Assembly: GCF_000143415.4 (NCBI RefSeq)
Contig: NW_003314336.1
Coordinates: 361,296-425,295, forward strand
Source of the DNA: Selaginella moellendorffii
Lineage: Eukaryota; Plantae; Lycopodiophyta
Direction: 5' to 3'
DNA length: 64,000 nt
A program made the translations under genes and the position numbers. The notes below the pieces were generated by a model. It was not told where the DNA came from, searched no databases, and saw nothing but the letters and a program-made list of their open reading frames with translations. Positions 49,215-61,554 of the stretch are shown here, piece by piece (position 1 is the stretch's first letter; each line of letters opens with the position of its first letter).

Positions 49215-52200
49215 ATGCTCGCGTCGGTGCCGTCGGGTCGCCATTCCTCCATCCCCAGGTAAAATATTTCGATTCTCGGCCCCTCTCTCTTCTTGGATGA
49301 TGCTATGCTTATGGGGCAATAGATTGATTGAGCGCTTTCGCTTTGACAGGTCGCTGCCAGCGTCGTCGCAATTTCTGCCGCTCCTGGCTTCTTGGTTCGC
49401 GATACTTGTCTTGTTGTGCATTTCTGGCTCGGTGGGGGGCGATCAAGCGCAAGAGACTGGGAGGAATCTAGTCGTGGACAGCAGCAAGCACGAATCGGGC
49501 ACTGGTAAGCCTGCTGTGCCACTGGCGGACGAGCAGACAAGGGTACCCTGCGAGATCGTCGTTTCCCAACCGGGTTTTGTTGGCTTCCCTGCGCCGCTGC
49601 AGTCATCGGCAGCAGCCCTCAGGGATCATCGCCATCGCTATCAGGATGATCTTGATGCCACTGCTGCTGCTGCTCCGGGACCAGCATCGACATCGTCCTC
49701 TCCCAAAGTTGGGATTTTTCCTCCGTTCTTGGAGTGGGGGGATAGGCCGCTCTTCTCGCCGTCGGCATTGACGGTCACCGTATCCAATCGTTGCAACAGC
49801 ACGCTGCTCAAGATCTTTACTCCTTTCAGCTCCAGCATCCAGTTCTATGCCGCCGCTTTCGCTCCAACCCCATTGGATCTCCGGCCCGGGCAAGAGGTTT
49901 CGCTAGACATCGTCTTCTGGCCCAGGTCGCTAGGACAGGCTCAAGCGGTGGTTTTGCTACAGACCAGCCTCGGTGGTTTCTTCGTCCAAGTACAAGGGAA
50001 TGGTATCGCTTCTCCCTTTGGCCTTGCTCCCTTGGGAAGAAGGACCGTGACCCGCGGACAAACTCTTCGGTTCTCCATCTCACTTCACAACAAGGCTGGT
50101 GATCAAGGTGGCCGAGTTATCAGAGTCAAGGAAGCCCGCGGCTGGCCTGCGGATTCGAGCAACAGGTCGTTGATCCTGACGAATCCTCATAACAACGATG
50201 TTGGTGTCACTCGGTGTTGTTCCTCGGACAGTTCCTCGTGCAGCTGCGTGGGTCATCACCGAGAGCAGGGAAGCTATCTCACCTTGAAACCGGTGGCTCC
50301 GTGGGAGATAAGTCCCGGTTCCGTGTCGGACGTTCTCGAGGTTCACTTCAAAGCTGCCGAATCAACAGGGACCTGGAGCGGATTCATCTACCTCGGACTG
50401 TCCCTCTTTTCTACATTGGCAGCGAAAGAAGTGGACGAGGAAAAGCTTTTGATTCCATTTAACGTGAGAGTTGGAAGTCAAGGACAGGTTTTGGAGCCGG
50501 TCCCAGAGGTGATCAATTTTGGTTTTCTTAGCAGCAGGAGAGAGGTGAAGAAGCAGGCTGTAACGTTACTCAACACAGGGCCCGACAGTTTAGTGATCAG
50601 GCTCGTAAGTCGGGGTGATGCTGTGGATAGTCCGAGTAGAAAAAATCTGATAGCAGTTCGGTACAGGAAAGGCCTTGTTGTTCATCCCGGAACGCAAGCA
50701 CAGGTAGCGGTCGCGTGGTACCAGGGCATCGAGGAAACCTTGTCTTTGGTGACCGATGATGCGGACTCTCCAGGCTTGGAGACGCTGATCATTCACACCA
50801 ACGGCAGCAGCCCTCAAAGTAAGATCATCCGAGTTCCATTTCATGCTGTGGTCTTGCATGGATCAGCGAGCATGGGAGACGACGGCGAAGTTGATGAGCG
50901 AGTCCTTTTCGCTGAAGCTGGAGTTGATATAAAGTTGTCGCAGTTAGAGGTAAAGTTGTCTTGAAAATTACTGTTTTACCTTTTAGTTTTTTCGTCTCAC
51001 TTTTTGCTGATTTTGCAGAAGCTGGAACGTAGAACACTTGGGCAAAACGATATTGAGAGTGGTACTTTTCCCTCCGGTGGTGTTGAGGTGAATGACCATC
51101 AACAGCTGGTTGCGCAATCCCTTTTCGTGCAGTCTGGACTGATTCTTCCTACCGTCCAAGTTGGAGGGTCCGAGGCAGTCTGGCTACATTTCAAAAATCC
51201 CAGTGATGGACCCGTTTCCGTGAAGCTGTTGCCGAGCCACGAGTGGGAAGCCTCTGGTTGTCAATGTTCCATCGGGTTGTCCGGCGATTGCAAAGCTCGG
51301 GACGACAGAAGTCCGTTCGTTTTACAGGAAGGTGGACTTTCTGATACGGTTCTCAGAGCTTATCAGGAAGCTGATCTGGGGCCTCTCTTGTTCCGTCCGA
51401 CTCAGAGATGCACTTGGACAGGTCTTCTAGCTGTGAAGAACAACCTCACAGCAATCGACTGGATACCGGTACGCGGTACCGGAAGCTCAGCCGAATTGAA
51501 GTTCTTGGAGGACAACGTACCGGTCGAGACTCTTCGGCTGGTTGGCACGACATTGCGAATTGTCTCAACTGTGACATCAGGGATTGACGAGAATCTATCG
51601 AGCCTATCCGAGAAGATCAACTCGGAATCTTGCAAGCAGCCTGTGAACGGAAGCTTCGTAGCCAGGAACACAGGTGACATTCCTCTCAGAGTGCACTCGG
51701 TGTCACTTATGAGTGGTGGATGCAGCTCGCAAGGATTTGAGCTTGGTTCTTGCGGTGGATTCCTCCTGGCGGCTGGAGAAACCACTCTGATCGAGCTCTC
51801 GTACAGGTCAAACGACTTCGTCTCGCCGCAAGTACGACACAACAATCTCCAGCTCGTTACTTCGATCGGGACTGTCAACGTCCCTGTGATGGTGGTCCTG
51901 CCTGATCACATGCTTCGTCTCTGTGCCAACATCCCTGCCTACTTCAAGTACCGAAAGCTCTTTGTCTACGTCGGATTCGTCGGCCTGCTTTGCACGGTAC
52001 TGGTTCTCCCAGCCAAAGTTGGCAGCAAGAAACTCAGTAGCTCCGACTGCGACAGTGGTTCCGCAATGGCAGGCAGCCTGCCGCTGTTCAGGGACTTCTC
52101 ACCGAGCAGCATCATCGCTGAAGAGACGACAGGCCCATCAAACTTGTCGAAGATACGTGTCAAGGTAACTGAAGAGGTGGCCGAAGATGGTCGACACCAG

Positions 52201-53355
52201 ACGAGCGACGACGGGATTTCTAAAGGCGAGCTTGGCGCTGGCTCCACGTCTTCTGATTTTCTCCAAGCTACGAAGCAGCAGCACAGCATAGCGATGTCTC
52301 CAACCTCGTCTCCGAGGAAGACGCAGCTGGAACGAGGTGGCAAACGCAAGAGGAAGAAGGGCCCGGTGTCGCTGGTGAAACACGAGGCTTCTAGAAGCGG
52401 AGCTTCTTCACCGAGTTCCTCACCAGCTTCTCCACTGAGCTCGCAGAGGCCCGCCCTCTTCTCCTCCGACGATCACCACCACCACTCCGCCGCCGACTCA
52501 AAACTTTCGAGGCTGGATATCGAAGTTGGCCGAAGAATGACGTCGGCGCCGTCACTGTCATCTTCCTCATCCAACACTTCAGCAGCACACTGGGTTCCGA
52601 AGGACGAGATACGCAAGAAAGTGGTGGCCAGCGAGCTCAAGCCAAGCAAGGAGAAGCAGCGCCACCATCACGCTTCCAAAGCTTCGGGGAATGGAGAATG
52701 GGTGACGGTCGCTCGAAAGTCAGTTACTGATGGTGGTGGTGATGGTGGTGGAAACCCAAAAGCAGGAACATCAACACACGACGATGGAGTTCCAGCCAAC
52801 AAGAAGAAAACGCTGGTGCAGTCCGCTAGCTTTCTAAACAGTTCACGGCTCCAGTCGCAGATAAGTCCGTCTGTCCGAGCTCCAGGGAGCAAGATTCCCA
52901 AGAACAGCAGCAGCGATACTACGAGTGCGAGCGAGCTCAACGATTCCAGCAGCAGCAGTTGCAACACGAGCAGCAGGTTCTCGAGCGATGACGTAATCGA
53001 TCAGGCCTCCTGCTCGTCACCGACAGTCGATCTCGTCTACGACATCTGGGGGGATCACCTGGGAGAGATGACACGCCAGTCCAACTTTGGTGGCGAGGAA
53101 ACCCAGAGCCTGTTCTCGGTGCCGGCCTTCACGCTCCCCAGCAAGCAAGATCACCACCTCTCGGCAGTGGAGAGCTCACCCGAGTTCTCCATGTTTTCTG
53201 GGAACGTCGTTGCAGCTTTCAACCGGGTGGTGATGCCGGACGACGAGCAGCAGCCGCAGCAGGACTATTCTTCCAGCTATTTTCTTCTCTCGCCATTCGA
53301 TTTGTCATACAGCAAGCGTATGCAATTCTCCACCGCGGATGAAATGAAGCTCTAA
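49215..53355 (+). CDS. TMEM131-like type I membrane protein with Ig-like repeats
   Basis: Signal peptide; LQTSLGGFFVQVQGNGIASPF, VKNNLTAIDW, ARNTGDIPL; TM helix; Ser-rich tail with YDIWGDHL. Exon 1 (49215-49258) splices in phase. Confidence 0.85.
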
Positions 53356-53642
53356 AGTTCATATGTTCTTCGTTTGTCTCCTAGAACAAAACTCCAACTT
53401 TGTTTACCAAGGCGTTTGATAATCTTATTCCCAATGTGTGAAAGATTTACCAAAATGTGTCGGCCTCGCTCGCTCTATGGATGGAGCTCACGGACCGCGA
53501 AGAAAAAAGAACGAAAGAAACAAGCCCCACTACGAATAAATACAGAACAAGAGATGTGGAGAATCCATCCATCTTTCCTGGATCGATCCAAAGTGAGGCT
53601 ACAACCATGGAGCAGAATTGAGATGGTTCACCTTTTTGGAAT

Positions 53643-54042
53643 CTATCTTCCACAGTGAATCAAGCTTCCTACACCCAGAAACAGTCCAAACACCGCGGCG
53701 CTTCCTAGCGTAGTCTGTCCAACATAGCGTACTTTAAACATCCCTGGAACCTGGGAAAGAGGGAAAGACAATCGTCAATAGATCGATCGATCGAAAGAAA
53801 AGTTTCGAGCAGGCATCCAAAATCTTGTTTTGAGCAAGCATCCAATCCCAATTTGTGCTTACCTTGAACCGAAACGCCTCGTATGTTCCATACACAGCAC
53901 CTGGAAACGATATAGAACAATCGATCAAAGGAAGAACCAATTGATTGCGTGAATGCCGCTAGGAAGAAATACCTAGAGCTCCGCCCACTGCGCCTCCAAC
54001 AGCGACGCCAGTCGTGACATGAACCAGGCAGTCCCGCGCCAT
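53643..54042 (-). CDS. MGR2: ROMO1/Mgr2 (TIM23 complex gatekeeper), 3 exons, absent from the ORF track
   Basis: Spliced: MARDCLVHVTTGVAVGGAVGGALGAVYGTYEAFRFKVPGMFKVRYVGQTTLGSAAVFGLFLGVGSLIHCGR*. Confidence 0.92.
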
Positions 54043-54060
54043 GCCTCCGGCTCCGGCCTC

Positions 54061-54115
54061 GCTAAAACCCTAGTGTTGGGTAGAACCCTAAAATCTAGTT
54101 TCCGCTAGGGTTTTT
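54061..54115. promoter_or_regulatory. Telo-box-containing bidirectional promoter between MGR2 and TOM5
   Basis: aaaaccctag, gaaccctaaa and ctagggtttt in both orientations within an 86-nt ATG-to-ATG gap. Confidence 0.7.
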
Positions 54116-54128
54116 GGGCGGAGAGGAA

Positions 54129-54414
54129 ATGGTGCGAATCCACGAAGACGATGGCGGCAAGGAGAGCAAGGGCGCGATCGCGGCTGCCTACGAGAGCGCC
54201 TCGGGCTTCGTCCGCGGCGTCAAGCGCCGGATTGAGTTTGAGCTCTACGATGACGAGCGCAGCGCCTTCAACATGGTAAAATCACTCTTGCATTGCCGTG
54301 AATCCATCCATTTATTGATTGATGTATATACCGCAGAGGCTGGCTAGAGCGCTGGGACTGTTTGGAGGAGCAATCTTCTTCATGCGCAATTTTGGAGATG
54401 TTATCGCGATCTAG
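54129..54414 (+). CDS. TOM5: Mitochondrial outer membrane translocase subunit TOM5
   Basis: Spliced C-terminus ELYDDERSAFNMRLARALGLFGGAIFFMRNFGDVIAI* matches the plant TOM5 pattern (NMxLxRALGxFxGxxxxMRxxGD). Confidence 0.88.
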
Positions 54415-54511
54415 CTGAGAAAAAAAAACTCTGGTCTGTTTTAAATCCTTAGCTCAATACCACATAACATCGAAAGCTTCTTCATCATCTTGAATCCACT
54501 CGTCTCGGCCT

Positions 54512-56550
54512 CTAGAATCCAAAGCTGCTCGCATAGGCTTGGGGCGCGTAAGCCATTGGTTTCACGCTTGGATGAGGCTACACCAAAGAAAACGATCGAT
54601 CAAAACGAAAGAAGAGAGAGCGAAGGAAACCACTTTTCACATACCACGTCTTTGAATGTCGTGAACTCGGGCTTCATATGTGGTGCCACGAACCGCACAA
54701 ACGCTCCTTTGTTGCCAATCTGATCGCAGTAGTTTGGAGCAGAGAAGACGGTGATGAGTTTTCCTTTGTGTTCTTGCTCGTAGCCTTCTGGTTTCACCTC
54801 GTGTGATCTTACAACAAGATCTAAAACGACATCAGTTAGAACTGAAAGGTAAAAAGGAAGAAAACGAGCAATACCGAGATTGTTTTGCTCCAAAAACTTC
54901 TCGGTCACATCCGAGCCGAAGGATAATCCAACCCCGCGTTTGCTTGGTTGTCTTCCAAGGCCAGGATGAGGGTCACTCCAGAGCATCTCGCACATCAAGC
55001 CTGCATGGAGGGAGTTGAACGTGGAACACAAAACTGAGCGGATAAACTAGTACCTTCGTCAGGCGGCTGCTTGAATCGGTCGATGGCTCGAATGTCGGAG
55101 AGTTTTACGTTGTCAGTGCTAAACAAACCGCCGTGGACAACGAATACTTTGCTGTTCAAGACGTGTGCAAGCGGAAGAGCACAGAATATCTCGGAAAAGT
55201 ACTCTGGCATAACGTCGGAGAAGTACTTGGCCTTGACTTCACCATCAAAACCGTAGATCTTGTTCATACTTTGACTCTCGTGATTTCCCCTCGCCAGATA
55301 AATGCCTGCAACCAAAAAGTCTCTAGCTCGTCGGAAATCCGGAAAGAACAAAAGGCACACAAACCTTGAGGATATAGGCACTTAAAAGCGAACAAAGTCA
55401 GAATCACCTCCACAGAGAAAGAACCGCGATCCACAAAATCGCCGTTAAAAAGGTAAGGATTCTCATTTGAAGGTAAGCCGTTCATCTCAAAGATGTTAAG
55501 CAGGTCGTAATACTGGAAGTGTCAAAAGTCAGCCGACGATAGTATAAGGAATGAAAGCGGAGTTCTACCTGGCCGTGAATGTCACCACACACAGTTATAT
55601 GGCATTTGTCTGGGATTGTTACTTCCACAAGAGACGGAAGACTAGAGAGTAAATCCAAAGCTTCGCGCATTATCTGATAAGCGTATCTGAAACGTAATAA
55701 TCAGCGCATTGCCAGCAACAACAGTAATCCACACCTTTTGTGCAACCGTTTCTCGTCCTTGAAATCTTGCATCATCTGCTTCACAAACGCCAAATCTAAA
55801 TGCTGGCCTTGTATCCTTGCTCCTGTGTAAGAGTCCTCTACTACTGCAAAACAAAAACAAAACAAACATTAGCAAGGAGCTCTCCAGAACAAAAAGCACA
55901 TAACATACCGAAAGCACTGTAATCTATTGTTCCAGCAACCGAGCGTCTCTCGTCGCTGGCAACCGCTTCCTCGAATCTTAGTTTCTTGATTGCATTCTCA
56001 CACTCCCGGATCTTCCTCATTGCATCTGGATCTTTTGGAACAATTTTGCATACCTTGAAGAAAACCAAACGAAAAAAGCTTCTCGTGACACTTTGTGCAA
56101 AAAGAAAATCTCTACAGTACCTGCCGTAAGTCCTTGAGCCCCTCTTTGAATTTTCCCAAAGCCAAATATGCCGCACCTCGTCGATAGTATCCCTGCAAGA
56201 AGAAAAAGAGAGTTCTCGGAAAGTAAGCACCAAAAGCTAGCTCGGTTTCCTAGAGAAATACCTTCACGTACTTGCGATCCAACTCAATCGCCTTGGTAGC
56301 GTCCATAATGGCGGTTCCATACTCTTCCAGCTTCACATTCGTGAAGGCCCGATTTGCCCAGTACACGGGATTGCTACCATCGAGCTCAATCGCCCGTGTG
56401 TACAACTCCCTGGCGTGGGAGAACTTACAAGCTGGAAAATCCCAAGGAATCAGCTGAGAGAATCCCCAGGAATGAGTGCCTACCTTGAAATGCCGCATTG
56501 GCTTGTTCCTTGAGCTGCTCCGCTTCCGCGCGAATTGATGCGTCGGTCAT
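54512..56550 (-). CDS. PP5: Ser/Thr protein phosphatase 5 (TPR + PPP catalytic domain)
   Basis: TPR ([16 protein letters not shown]), [35 protein letters not shown]. Confidence 0.97.
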
Positions 56551-56810
56551 GGCGGCCGAGCGGCGCTGACAATCGTGCTAGGGCTTCATCGATCCATCCT
56601 CTCTCTCTTGCTCTCGACCTAAACCGAAAGACCAGCGTGGCAAATATCGCCTGAGATCAGGAATTAGGTCATTTCCTCCGCGTATTTATTATGTCTCCGC
56701 CAAGAACACTGGCACCCCGCGAGGATCCAGCGCTCCAGCTAGGGTTTACTTGATCCATCGCCCCATCGCCCCATCGCCCCATCGCCCCATCGATTCATCG
56801 ATCCATTGCC

Positions 56811-58528
56811 ATGAACGATCTTCTCGGGGTGAGTGGTGGCCTGCATTCTCTAAGCTTAGGCTGAATGGAGTGAAAAACAATTATTTCTTTGTTTACAGGA
56901 TATTCAGATCGTCGAGGATGAAGAACCAGAGAAAGAGAAGAAATCCAAGAAGAAAGTCAAGAAAGCGGAGAAGAAAAATGCGGAAGAGGCAGCTCCAGCG
57001 GATGATATGGGAATGACCGAATTCTTTCAGCAGGTTTTTCTTCTACTTCACTCCATAGAGCTTCTCTTTTGCATTTGCTTTAGGTGAATGCGCAAATTGT
57101 TTTCTGCGCATTAGCTTATCTCTTCTCTCGTGCAGGTTGCGGACATTAAAACTGAGATGGCAAACATTCGGAAAGCTCTCAAGAAACTCCAGGTTCTCTC
57201 TCTTTCTTTCTTTTTTTGTTTTTCGGTAACTCAAGTAAGAGCGTTACGTTTAGGACGCCCATGAGGATACCAAGACTGTCACAAAATCCGATGTCATGAA
57301 AGGTATGCTGTTGTCTCAATCGCTTTCTCTTTTTCGGATTGAAATCACACAATGCAATGTCTCTTAGCCAAGAAGAATGAGATGGAAGCACAGGTCGATG
57401 TAGTCACTAAAATAACGCAGGACATTAAACATAAAATAGAGTCACTAGACAAAGCGGTAAGCTATTATATATTCTCTTTTGTATGCTCTAACCATTACTG
57501 CAGAACATTCTGAATAGGAAAAAACCAAACTGTGGGGAAGGATCTAGCACTGACCGCACAAGAATGTCAATGACAGTGTAAGCTCGTTTTCTACTTTCCG
57601 CTAGCAAAGCCTTTGACTGACCTTAAGAATGATACGACAGAACGCTGAAGAAGAAACTCAAAGACGTGATGCAAGAATTCCAGGTACCAAAAGTGCACAA
57701 ACTTTCTCCCGTTTTTCTTGACCACGGAACCGCAGAATCTAAGACAAAAACTACAAGATGAGTATCGCGAAGTCGTAGAAAGAAGGATATTTACAGGTTT
57801 CCGACCATCCTAATCCACAAAGAAACTGGTATATTTCAAGCACTTTGATTTTTTCTTTCTTTCTTTTCTTACACCTTTTGTGTCCTGCTGGTAGTGACTG
57901 GTCAGAAGCCTGACGAAGAGGTGAGTTGGTTCGGGGACTCCGATTCCGAAGCTAACCTCACGTTTGCTTACGTCTTTTGGGTACAGACTGTTGACAAGTT
58001 GATCGAAACTGGAGACAGTGAGACAATTTTTCAAAAGGCTGTTCAGGAACAAGGCCGAGGCCAAGTAAGCACTCTTTGATCCTGCGTTTTCTTTTCTGTT
58101 AGCATCACTATCCTCGCTCTAGATACTCGATACAATTGCTGAGATACAAGAACGGCACGACGCAGTGAGGGACATTGAGAAGAAGCTGCTGGATTTGCAT
58201 CAGGTAGCTCGATAAATTTATCAATCCTTTCACGAGTGTTTGCTCTCAGATCTTCATGGATATGGCCGTGTTGGTAGAAGCTCAAGGAGAGATGCTGGAC
58301 GACATTGAGAACCAAGTAAGAGAAGAACTAGAAAGAGGAGGAAGTTTCTGACGATTAAAACTACTTCAGGTGTCAAAAGCAGTGGATCACGTCCAGACGG
58401 GAACCGCAGCGTTGGAGAAAGTGAAGAAATTGCAACGAGGGACGAGGAAGTGCATGTGTGTTGGCATCATCCTCTTGCTTGTGATTGTCATTATAATCGT
58501 TGTTGCGGTCATACAGCCGTGGAAATAA
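56811..58528 (+). CDS. Plasma-membrane Qa-SNARE syntaxin, SYP13 clade
   Basis: [61 protein letters not shown]-terminal TM, QPWK*. Confidence 0.95.
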
Positions 58529-58652
58529 GTTAGCAAAGATTGTGGTATCAAAGTTTGAATGGGAATCCTTCTATGATATCGTGAAAATCTGATACTTGGA
58601 GGAGAAGTTCAAGGAATTTATTGCAAATGTAAATTTTGATTTTAAAATTGCC

Positions 58653-59477
58653 TTAAACAAATAAGATGTTTTTAAAGAAGTTCATGATGCCTCTTGATTT
58701 TTTGCTCATTTTCTCGTTATTTTGCTCTTGTGAGACTACACAAGTTCCAATTGGAAGCAGGCACTCTGGCATGGAGACTGGTAATGTACGAACTGATTCT
58801 CCATTATCACTGGCAACTTTGGGAATCTGCAAGAGTAATATCATGGTGACTGATCCCATCCCAGGCTTGACGCGGCAATATGGAACAGACACGGATGGAT
58901 CCGTCGCAAAGTACAACACCTGGTACCTGGTCTTTGACGGATCCAGACCAAACTGTAAAATGGACGAAAGGTTCTCTGCGGGGCTCCCATGGAAGCAAAC
59001 ATCAAGCTTACGAAGCCCGCCACCTTGATCTCTGAGAGCCTTGCAGAACTGGAAGTAGCGTTCATGGGTGCTCCTGACGCCACCCTGCAGAAACGGGTTT
59101 GGAGTAACACTCTGTATCCTTGGAAACTGTCTCTGCAACTCTGGCACGATGATCTCCATGAGCTCCGTATCCAAAAGATTGTCCAGAAGCAAAACAGCAT
59201 CATCTCGGCTGACCATCTTGGCTGTGATTCTGGAATTTGATGCCTCTCCTCGCCACGAGTAGACAATCTTGACAGACCGCTTGCAACCAGTTCTTGTGTT
59301 GATCTGTTTCATAGTGCCAAAGTCAATGCGGTATGAATCTCCTGTAGGGTGGGATCTGGAAACAATGACACCGAGATCAAAGGTCGTGGCCCCGGAGTTC
59401 TTCGCAGCCATGATCTTTGAAGACAAGTCGGGACTATATTTCTGCCATCTTAAATTGTCATGCCACAAAACCCCCAT
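58653..59477 (-). CDS. Intronless WWE-domain + PARP-like ADP-ribosyltransferase-fold protein (~274 aa)
   Basis: WWE: LWHDNLRWQKYS...YRIDFGTMKQINTRTGCKRSV. ART: CFHGSPAENLSSILQFGLDP, LYFATDPSVSVPY, CLLPIG. Confidence 0.8.
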   Translation of the reverse strand: MGVLWHDNLRWQKYSPDLSSKIMAAKNSGATTFDLGVIVSRSHPTGDSYRIDFGTMKQINTRTGCKRSVKIVYSWRGEASNSRITAKMVSRDDAVLLLDNLLDTELMEIIVPELQRQFPRIQSVTPNPFLQGGVRSTHERYFQFCKALRDQGGGLRKLDVCFHGSPAENLSSILQFGLDPSKTRYQVLYFATDPSVSVPYCRVKPGMGSVTMILLLQIPKVASDNGESVRTLPVSMPECLLPIGTCVVSQEQNNEKMSKKSRGIMNFFKNILFV

Positions 59478-60280
59478 TCTGTTACCTTGAAAACCTTGCA
59501 CGATCAATATCAATCCAGAGATAAATAGCTTTGATGCCTCCGCAAGATCAGTGAGACAGATCTATCCCGAGATCTTCGAACAAGCAGCTTTGTTTACAAT
59601 TAGCATATTCTATCATTTAGGGTTAGTCTATGGCGAATTCAAAACGCGAAAATTGGAAGAACATACCCGCATAGTTCGGGACGGGCTTGAACCAGCTGGG
59701 AGGAAATCCTTGGAGCAGCCATTTGATCCGATCACCCCAGCTCCCACCACTCGCCATTGAGCGCTCCAGTAGACCACCCACGTCTCTCCCAAAGGAGTTC
59801 AATGATCCAATCCATGTTTTGGATCGATCACTCTGTTGTTACGCCCGATCGATCGCCGAGCTGGAGCCCGCCACCTGAGGCATGTAGCTGACAATGATCC
59901 TCACAGACTCCCTACAGATCTTGTCCGCTCAAAATTCCACCACCACCACCCCGACCACCGGCCCCCACGAGAAATTGTGGAAGCTTGTGGTCACTCCGCA
60001 GGAATCGCTGTAGCGCTCTCCTGGATCGCATAGGTTCGTTCGAAGCTTTGACCGGTCAAGGATTACATTGGAAGATCACCATTGCTTGATCAAGATTGGG
60101 CGGACATAGGCCAAGTTTAGGGTTCTTGGCAACGAATCTTGATGATAAGATGATAGTTGGTGAGGTGAGCATTGTAATTTGAAATAAGCCCAAGATCTGG
60201 TTGGATTAGCCCACAGATAAACGGTACGGTACTGCGCGTTTATGAGTACGGAAAATGCTTGTACAAACTCTTTCTATCTT

Positions 60281-61554
60281 CTAGAGCATTTGGGCGATTT
60301 GATCTCTCTTGTTGAAAGAGCGAGACGAAAAGGAGCGCGAGGAGGACAAATTCTTGTCAACAGTTCTGATGAGATTGTAAGACCACGCCCCACCCAAGGT
60401 GCCGAGCACAGGTCCAACAATGTAAATCCACACGTCGGAATAGTTGTTCCTCGCCACCGCCGGGCCGATGCTCCTGGCCGGATTCATCGACGCTCCGGAA
60501 AGAGGCCTAGACGAACACAAGAGCCAACAAGCCAAAGCTTTAGCACCAAGGAAAACGCAAATCACTATGCCCCGGGGAATGGTTTTCTCCTGCAAAAACG
60601 AAGGTCAATCGCAAGAGAATGATCCAAAGCTTACCTCTCCATGGAGCTCTACAAAAATGCAAAATCGAGAGAGAAAGTATATGAATAGAGAAGGAAGAGT
60701 ACCCTGCAATGAGATTGTTGAGCGCGACTGTAGCTCCAACAGCGAGTCCGGCCAGCTCTCCAACCTGGACCACGCTTAGAGAGCTGAGAGAGGGGGAAGA
60801 GTTTAGCATCTTACGGCTCGAGTGTCAGTGGAAACCGCTGCCACTACAAACATGAGTATGTAACTGACGATGATTTCCAAAACCAAGGCTTGGACCACGT
60901 TGCCAGCGGCAGGAACTGTCGCTCCAATCTTGTTTACTTCTGTGAGAAGCTGCCGGAGCACGAAGCAAGCGCTGACTGACGCGGCGATCTGGGAGCCAAT
61001 GTACAGCGGCACCTGGAACGAGTCACAGACAAAAACAAAAGGGTTAAACAATGAATAGATAAAAGGACTTGGAGAAGCGAAGCTCGAAAAGCACGCAGAT
61101 GCTTTACCTGAGCCCAAGGAAAGTGTCGGACAGTTGCAAAAGCCACGGTAACTGCAGGATTCATGTGAGCCCCGGAGATATGACCAGTAGCATGAATCAT
61201 CATCATAACGACGAGCCCGTTTGCTGCGGCCACTCCAAAGAAAGTCAGCGAGCCGTTTGTAAGTTCGTTCACCATTCCTGCGCCAGCACCGGCGAATACC
61301 AAGATGAACGTGGCAATGACTTCTGCACCGAGCTGATACAACCAAAAGGGAAGCGCGTCAGCAGAGAAAGAACAGCAGGAAGATAGAGTGACCTTCTGGC
61401 ACAATGTAGCCCTCTTCCGGAATCTTGTCCTGGGAATGCAGAGGCTTTTCAGTGTGGGAGGAGAGCAAGGTGAATCCACTTCCATAGCATGATTCTGCTT
61501 CTGCAGATCCAAGTCATGCTTGAAGTTGGGATCCTTCACACTCTCGGAAGCCAT
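60281..61554 (-). CDS. NOD26-like intrinsic protein (NIP aquaporin)
   Basis: [50 protein letters not shown]. Confidence 0.96.

Noticed and set aside
56757-56795. (CCCCATCG)n repeat before the syntaxin ATG
   Set aside because: Simple short 5'UTR microsatellite with no evidence of function.
59560-60240. Short ORFs and a CGH motif suggestive of a RING remnant upstream of the WWE-ART gene
   Set aside because: Too few Cys/His ligands and several stops; cannot be supported.
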